A DNA stretch of 64,000 bases from an uncultured virus (IMG/VR IMGVR_UViG_2814123061_000003) (Duplodnaviria; Heunggongvirae; Uroviricota; Caudoviricetes), in the IMG/VR virus record IMGVR_UViG_2814123061_000003; one strand, 5' to 3'. Position 1 is the first letter of the stretch. The number at the start of each line of letters is the position of its first letter. This document shows, piece by piece, positions 58,698 to 64,000 of this stretch. The position numbers and the translations under genes are program-made. Below the pieces are notes generated by a model. That model made no database searches. It was not told the DNA's origin and saw only the letters and a list, made by a program, of their open reading frames with translations.

Positions 58698-61600
58698 ATG
58701 GCAGTAGCAGCAGTTGCCGTAGCTATTATCGCAGGGGCATCAGCAGCGGCAGCAGCATACGCAGCAGGTTTAGCTTTAGCAGCAGTAGTAGCTATAGGTA
58801 TTGGTACAGCAGCACTATCTTACATTAGTTCATCACAGATGATGAATGTAGGCCAAATGGGGGTAACGTATCCGAGTACGGGTAGTAACAATGCCCGATC
58901 AACATCACCAAGTACTGGAATACCGATTTCATACGGCGGTTCTAACCGCAACGCAACAGAGGTAGCTTATAACAAGTTAGGCTCTATCGTCGTATGGCAG
59001 AACGTCTATAAAGGTACTTCAAATCAGTTATGTACGGTTCACGCGATCAGTATCGGTGAAATCGGGCAAGTACCAGGGGAACAATCACAAGGCGTAATCA
59101 AGCAGATCTTTTTTGATAATGCTCCGGTACTCATGGATGGTGCGTACATCACCACAGAGGGGATCGTGCCTACCTCAATGATGATTGAGAAGTACCGCAA
59201 ATACTTACAGATTGAGATACGTTTCGGTAAGCCGTCCTACGGTGGTTCTATGACGCTTGCCCGTCAATATGGCGGTAGTCAATGGACTGACAACATGCGT
59301 GGTGATGGTCTTGTACAGATCTGTTCCGTAATCAAGAAAACCAATGATTCATTGATTGATGGGATTCTAACGAACCAGAACTATACATTATCGGTAGAAA
59401 TGCGTGGACGTATGATCTATGACTTAACTGATAATGTACGTAAACCAAGTTCAAACCCACCAAGCCAACTATATGACTTTATCACTAATACAGAATTTGG
59501 TTTTGGGCTTGATCCTAATGATATTGATATTACCAGTTTCCGTAATATGGCAAACTATTGTGCTCAGAATCATTTCTATTCCAATGGTAATATTCAATAT
59601 GATAAATCCTTTAAGGAAAACATTGAAAATATTCTACAAACATTTGGTGGTGTACTTTATGAATCAAACGGTAAGTACTATCTAACCGTTGATGCTCCAG
59701 ATATTCCAAGTGTACATTTTGATGAAACAAATATTATTGGCAGTGTGAATATCACAACGGGTTCTAAGTCTGACTATTTTAATACAATGGACAGTACCTA
59801 TACAAACCCAGGTAATGACTATTCACAAGATATTATCCGTTATCCAAGTGATGCCATTAGTAACGCATCCATTGCTAAAGATGGTTATATTATCAAGAAG
59901 GATTTAAACTATCTTTGGTTACAGGATAAAAATCAGCTTGCTATTCTTAGTAACATTGAATTGCTAAAATCTAAGTACATTACGAACACGATTACTTTCA
60001 ATACCTATGTAACAGATATGAAAGTATATGATGTGTTTACAATTGATTTTAAAGAAGCTGGATTTAGTAATAAAAAGTACAGATGTATTCAACGTACTGT
60101 ACCAATGACCGTAGATAAAGCAGGCATTATCCAGATCACCGCGATTTCATATGATGATGGTATATATCAAGGAAAAGATCCGGGACAATTCCCACAAGAT
60201 GGATTGACCAATCTACCTAACCCAACATACGTAGAACCGCCAAGTAACCTACAGGCTCAACGTTTAGGGGCAACGGCATCAGGTAACACCGTTCTATTAA
60301 CATGGGATCTTAGTCAGGATACAACTGTACGTGGTTATAAGATTCGTTATAAACGCAGTGATTCCAGTGTTTGGATCAGCATTGGTAACGTAGGGCAGTA
60401 CTCTACAAGTTTTGAGATATTAAATCTTCTATATGGGGTACAGTACGATTTTGCTATTGAGGCGTATAACACATTAGGTTATTCATCGGATTTAGTAGCT
60501 ATCTATAATCAAACACCACAAGTTATATTCGCATTACCGAAGATTACTAACCTTGATATGGTGAATGATGATGTAGGTTTAAACCAGACTTATGCTCAAG
60601 ATTTTATTTTACGTTGGGATGATCAGGCTAACATAGCCGTAAATGGTAAAACATTTGCTGATTTCTTCAAACATTATGAAATTCGTGTGTATGACCGATA
60701 CAGGAACTACATCACATCGTACTACACCACTACAAGCAACTGGACGTACTCATATTCAATGAATACCAGTGATGGCCTTAGCCGTTACCGTGTGTTTGGG
60801 ATCATCGCTCATGGTTGGGGTACTGGTATCTATAGTGAAGAAGTTCAGATTGAAGTTAGTAACCCACAACATCCACAGTTGTTAGGTGTAAATTTGAAGA
60901 GTGGTTATGATTCCGTGTTCATTGACTGGACTGAATCAAACGTACCGGATTATGCGGGAATCGTTCTGCAAATCGCACTTGATGAGGGTTTTAGCTCAGG
61001 GTCGAAGTACTTTAGCAGTGCTAACCGTTATTCAGCATCGTTTGGTATTGAAGATGGTTCATGGTTCGCACGAGTAGCAGCCTATGACGTGTTCGGACAG
61101 GATGAATTGGTATGGTCGCCTACTATCGGTTTTAACCAGAACACGAAGGTTCCTTACAGCAAATTGAACGAAGATGTTATTGATGGCCTACTTAACAGTG
61201 ATACGGCTACTGGCATTGTTGAGAAACAGATCGTAGATGAACTTGGTTCACGCTGGCAGCTACAGGTATCAAACAACGGTAACGTAACGGGCATTGCTTT
61301 AGCCGCAGATGAAAAAACATCAGTGTTTACCGTAATGGCGGATCGCTTTAGTGTTATCAGTACGGACAGTGCCAAACTATCAGACAGGGTTTATCCGTTT
61401 GTGGTTCAGGGTGGTAAGACTTACATCAACTCAGCGGTGATAGCATCAGCGAGCATCAATGAGGCTATGATCAATAACCTTTCCGTTTCACGTGCGAAAA
61501 TTCAGGATGCCGCAATAGACAACACGAAGATTGCCAATGCCGCTATTCGTAATGCACATATCATGAATGGTGAAATTGACTCAGCGAAGATCAGCCAGCA

Positions 61601-62234
61601 GATACAATCCAGTAATTGGGATGGTACGAACGGTTGGATGATTAACAAGAACGGTACAGCCAACTTTGGTAACGCTACTATTCGCGGTACGATTTTTGCG
61701 AACAGCGGAGTACTCAACAACGTTACTATCAATGAAAACTGTAACATTCTTGGTACTCTAAGTGCCTCACGTATCGTAGGTGACATTTGCCGTCCTCAGT
61801 CTACAGGTATAGCATCAGTGCCGTTTATTTTCGGTTCACATACTGTATCAGGTGGTCAGGCCGCTAATGATCCAGTAGCTTACCAACACTATGTAGCGTT
61901 GCGTATACGTGGTGAAGATTTCGATCGTATCCTTGATAGTAATATGACTATCACACTTACTTCATTTGAGCGTCAGTACTTCTATATTCGTATGGGTGGT
62001 GATGGCATTGGTTTAACAAACTTAGCTTTCGTTGATGCTGGTAACAATGGACATAACACACCATATACTTTCCCAATCAATGGTATCTATGTACCTGCTG
62101 TTGGTCGTGGCAAGTGGAATTATATCTATGTTATGTGTACTACATCGCGTTCTGGTTTAGCTTCACTTAATGTACCTTCATTATTGAATGCGTTTATATA
62201 TCGAGCGGGGGATCAACCTTTATATAATGCGTAA
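58698..62234 (+). CDS. Central tail fibre/host specificity protein (J-like)
   Basis: IPISYG, FN3 domain, DUF1983-like ADRFSV...GKTYINSAVI, GWMINKNG. Confidence 0.9.
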   Translation: MAVAAVAVAIIAGASAAAAAYAAGLALAAVVAIGIGTAALSYISSSQMMNVGQMGVTYPSTGSNNARSTSPSTGIPISYGGSNRNATEVAYNKLGSIVVWQNVYKGTSNQLCTVHAISIGEIGQVPGEQSQGVIKQIFFDNAPVLMDGAYITTEGIVPTSMMIEKYRKYLQIEIRFGKPSYGGSMTLARQYGGSQWTDNMRGDGLVQICSVIKKTNDSLIDGILTNQNYTLSVEMRGRMIYDLTDNVRKPSSNPPSQLYDFITNTEFGFGLDPNDIDITSFRNMANYCAQNHFYSNGNIQYDKSFKENIENILQTFGGVLYESNGKYYLTVDAPDIPSVHFDETNIIGSVNITTGSKSDYFNTMDSTYTNPGNDYSQDIIRYPSDAISNASIAKDGYIIKKDLNYLWLQDKNQLAILSNIELLKSKYITNTITFNTYVTDMKVYDVFTIDFKEAGFSNKKYRCIQRTVPMTVDKAGIIQITAISYDDGIYQGKDPGQFPQDGLTNLPNPTYVEPPSNLQAQRLGATASGNTVLLTWDLSQDTTVRGYKIRYKRSDSSVWISIGNVGQYSTSFEILNLLYGVQYDFAIEAYNTLGYSSDLVAIYNQTPQVIFALPKITNLDMVNDDVGLNQTYAQDFILRWDDQANIAVNGKTFADFFKHYEIRVYDRYRNYITSYYTTTSNWTYSYSMNTSDGLSRYRVFGIIAHGWGTGIYSEEVQIEVSNPQHPQLLGVNLKSGYDSVFIDWTESNVPDYAGIVLQIALDEGFSSGSKYFSSANRYSASFGIEDGSWFARVAAYDVFGQDELVWSPTIGFNQNTKVPYSKLNEDVIDGLLNSDTATGIVEKQIVDELGSRWQLQVSNNGNVTGIALAADEKTSVFTVMADRFSVISTDSAKLSDRVYPFVVQGGKTYINSAVIASASINEAMINNLSVSRAKIQDAAIDNTKIANAAIRNAHIMNGEIDSAKISQQIQSSNWDGTNGWMINKNGTANFGNATIRGTIFANSGVLNNVTINENCNILGTLSASRIVGDICRPQSTGIASVPFIFGSHTVSGGQAANDPVAYQHYVALRIRGEDFDRILDSNMTITLTSFERQYFYIRMGGDGIGLTNLAFVDAGNNGHNTPYTFPINGIYVPAVGRGKWNYIYVMCTTSRSGLASLNVPSLLNAFIYRAGDQPLYNA

Positions 62235-62275
62235 TAAATACTATTACCAAAATATATAATATAGGGAAATTCTTA

Positions 62276-62545
62276 ATGGATATTGGGACACTTCTTGCTC
62301 TGGTTATTAGTGGGTTAGGCGTTTTATATTCTATCTTCCGTGACAATACAAAGGATACTACTGATTTATTAAGTCGTGTATCCTACCTTGAAACTACCAT
62401 TGCGGTACAAGATAGTAACATTACACGTCTAAGCGACGAACAAGACAAGATGAAAGAAACCTTGCGAAACCTTGAAATTCAAATTCACGAATTGGATATC
62501 AAACTTGAAAGGATTATTACTATTCTTGAACAATCAAAGCAGTAA
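62276..62545 (+). CDS. Holin/hemolysin-like TM plus coiled-coil protein
   Basis: N-terminal TM, coiled coil; after tail genes. Confidence 0.55.
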   Translation: MDIGTLLALVISGLGVLYSIFRDNTKDTTDLLSRVSYLETTIAVQDSNITRLSDEQDKMKETLRNLEIQIHELDIKLERIITILEQSKQ

Positions 62546-62547
62546 TT

Positions 62548-62587
62548 AAAAAGGGATAGTACCGTAATTGATACTATCCCTTTTTTT
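62548..62587. terminator. Bidirectional intrinsic terminator
   Basis: AAAAAGGGATAGTA...TACTATCCCTTTTTTT between convergent genes. Confidence 0.85.
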
Positions 62588-63032
62588 ACTTATTAGTTAG
62601 TTGTGCGATCATCGCATTAACTCTATTTGGTGTCTGACGATACCATAAACTATCTTTTGCTTGTTTGATTGCTTCCGTGTAGTTGGCATCACGTAGTGCT
62701 TGAATCATCTTTTTAAACTTCATCGTTCCAGATAGGCCAAGTTGAAAAATCATGATGATCATGAAGTCTTGCCAATCTTTAGGAATGGTTAGGTTTAGTT
62801 TACTTAGCTGGCTTGTTGCTATGGCTATATCTTTATCAAGTAGTCGAAGTACTTCAATCTCATTAATACCATTATTGAAATTCTCGTTTGGTAGTACCTT
62901 ATGTCCGTATCCTACGGTTAAGAATCCTTCACTATCTTTATATGGATAATACTTGTTGTTTCTAAAGTACCCCATACGTATTTGATATGCTCGTGAACCC
63001 TCATAATCTATGAGTCGTGTTTTTATATCCAT
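62586..63032 (-). CDS. T4-lysozyme-like endolysin (GH24)
   Basis: YEG, YKDSEGFLTVGYGH, MIFQLG, SLWYRQTPNRV parallel the T4 lysozyme motifs. Confidence 0.9.
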   Translation of the reverse strand: MDIKTRLIDYEGSRAYQIRMGYFRNNKYYPYKDSEGFLTVGYGHKVLPNENFNNGINEIEVLRLLDKDIAIATSQLSKLNLTIPKDWQDFMIIMIFQLGLSGTMKFKKMIQALRDANYTEAIKQAKDSLWYRQTPNRVNAMIAQLTNK

Positions 63033-63035
63033 TGA

Positions 63036-63071
63036 ATAAATACCTTATGATAATTTTTATAAGGTATTTAT
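63036..63071. promoter_or_regulatory. Palindromic bidirectional TAAATA promoter/RBS hairpin
   Basis: Perfect 13-bp inverted repeat ATAAATACCTTAT / ATAAGGTATTTAT filling the divergent gap. Confidence 0.75.
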
Positions 63072-63503
63072 ATGGAAGCATGGCAATACAACGAAGATTG
63101 GAGCGAGAAGGAATTAACAAACGGAAGTTATGTAGGATTCGTGTACTTGTTCCAATTTGAAGATAACACAAGCTACATAGGCAGCAAACAGATGTACAAG
63201 AGAGTTAAGGATATTAAGAAACTAAAAGATAATTCAATAGAAAACGGATGGCGTGAGTATAGTTCAAGTTCAAAAATAGTTAATTCCAAGATTGAAGAAG
63301 GGTTGAATTATACTCGTACCATCTTGTGGGCTTTCCCTTCGATGAAAGAAACACTTTTTGTAGAAACAGCATTAATCATAAATGAAGGACTAAAAACGGG
63401 TAATCTAAACCTTGCCGTAATGCATAAGGCAAGATTACCGAGTGGGAAAGATGCTGTACGTATTCGTGGAATCCTTCAATCATTATATGAAATACTCAAT
63501 TAA
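63072..63503 (+). CDS. GIY-YIG-like nuclease
   Basis: GFVY...SYIGSK, WREYSSSS, conserved Glu (FVETAL) and terminal LN. Confidence 0.7.
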   Translation: MEAWQYNEDWSEKELTNGSYVGFVYLFQFEDNTSYIGSKQMYKRVKDIKKLKDNSIENGWREYSSSSKIVNSKIEEGLNYTRTILWAFPSMKETLFVETALIINEGLKTGNLNLAVMHKARLPSGKDAVRIRGILQSLYEILN

Positions 63504-63512
63504 GGAATTGAT

Positions 63513-64000
63513 ATGGCTTGGAGAAACAGTAATAGTCCTAATGATATGAAGCGATTCATAAACAAGAATAGCCCAAAGATAGGACAAGAATTTAAAAAAG
63601 AATTAAGTAGCCGTATGCGTATTGTTACACAGCACATTCAAAGAAAGATTGATAATGATGTAGCGGGTGGTGGTGTCGCGTTTACTGGAAAGAGTATGTA
63701 CTTTAACTTTAGAAAGATAAATGAGTTCAAGACAGTTAACCAAATCATCCTATTACCTAATCAAGCATCATATTTGAAGTACATTCTTGATCCAGTATAT
63801 AAGCATGTTAATGAAAGTAAGATCATACCTTACCAGAATGCTAAGTTAACGAAACAGGGCAACATTACACAACTACGTTCTAGATCTAAGAGTAATAAAT
63901 ACAAAAAGGTGAAGAGTAAGAATGGTAATACGTACTTAATCGACACTACCAAGAAATCCTCTAAACGCAATCCTAAACTAGCACGTGAACAGAGGGTGAT
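63513..64000 (+). CDS. Partial CDS, basic protein, possibly neck/tail completion (gpZ-like)
   Basis: SD TAAGGA; open frame MAWRNSNSPNDMK... to window end. Confidence 0.55.
   Translation, partial: MAWRNSNSPNDMKRFINKNSPKIGQEFKKELSSRMRIVTQHIQRKIDNDVAGGGVAFTGKSMYFNFRKINEFKTVNQIILLPNQASYLKYILDPVYKHVNESKIIPYQNAKLTKQGNITQLRSRSKSNKYKKVKSKNGNTYLIDTTKKSSKRNPKLAREQRV

Larger units (their letters stand above)
34175..64000 (+). mobile_element. AT-rich siphovirus-like prophage or element (boundaries not seen)
   Basis: Abrupt GC drop; terminase-portal-protease/capsid-tail-J-lysozyme modules. Confidence 0.88.

Noticed and set aside
34175..64000. Total count of TAAATA as evidence for promoters
   Set aside because: Dozens are expected by chance at this AT content, and copies inside genes or at stop codons (e.g. 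34814, 43551, 44712, 52713) were discounted
1..64000. tRNA or rRNA genes
   Set aside because: None recognised by eye; a tRNAscan or Rfam run would be needed to exclude them

Overview
The window holds two phage genomes back to back. Positions 1-34174 are an almost complete, GC-richer Mu-like transposable prophage; its left end lies just outside the window. It runs from repressor, ner, A and B through middle genes, mor, lysis, head and contractile tail to a tail-fibre invertible segment. Its gin invertase has an in-frame internal deletion, there is no com/mom, and a three-site right end closes on CA at 34174. Positions 34175 to beyond 64000 are a markedly AT-rich element with a full lambda/HK97-type head and non-contractile tail. 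No integrase, repressor, replication protein or Q antiterminator is recognisable for it in this window. It carries a Tlde1/DUF2778-like L,D-peptidase, an intact-looking EAL c-di-GMP phosphodiesterase, an SOS-box gene, a tail-tube/fibre fusion and a GH8-like glycosidase among its tail genes. The most striking signal is a T4-late-promoter-like (TA)TAAATA motif in front of many of its genes. In four cases the motif sits in a hairpin that masks the ribosome-binding site, as in T4 late translational control. All family assignments come from motif recognition and synteny; no searches were run.
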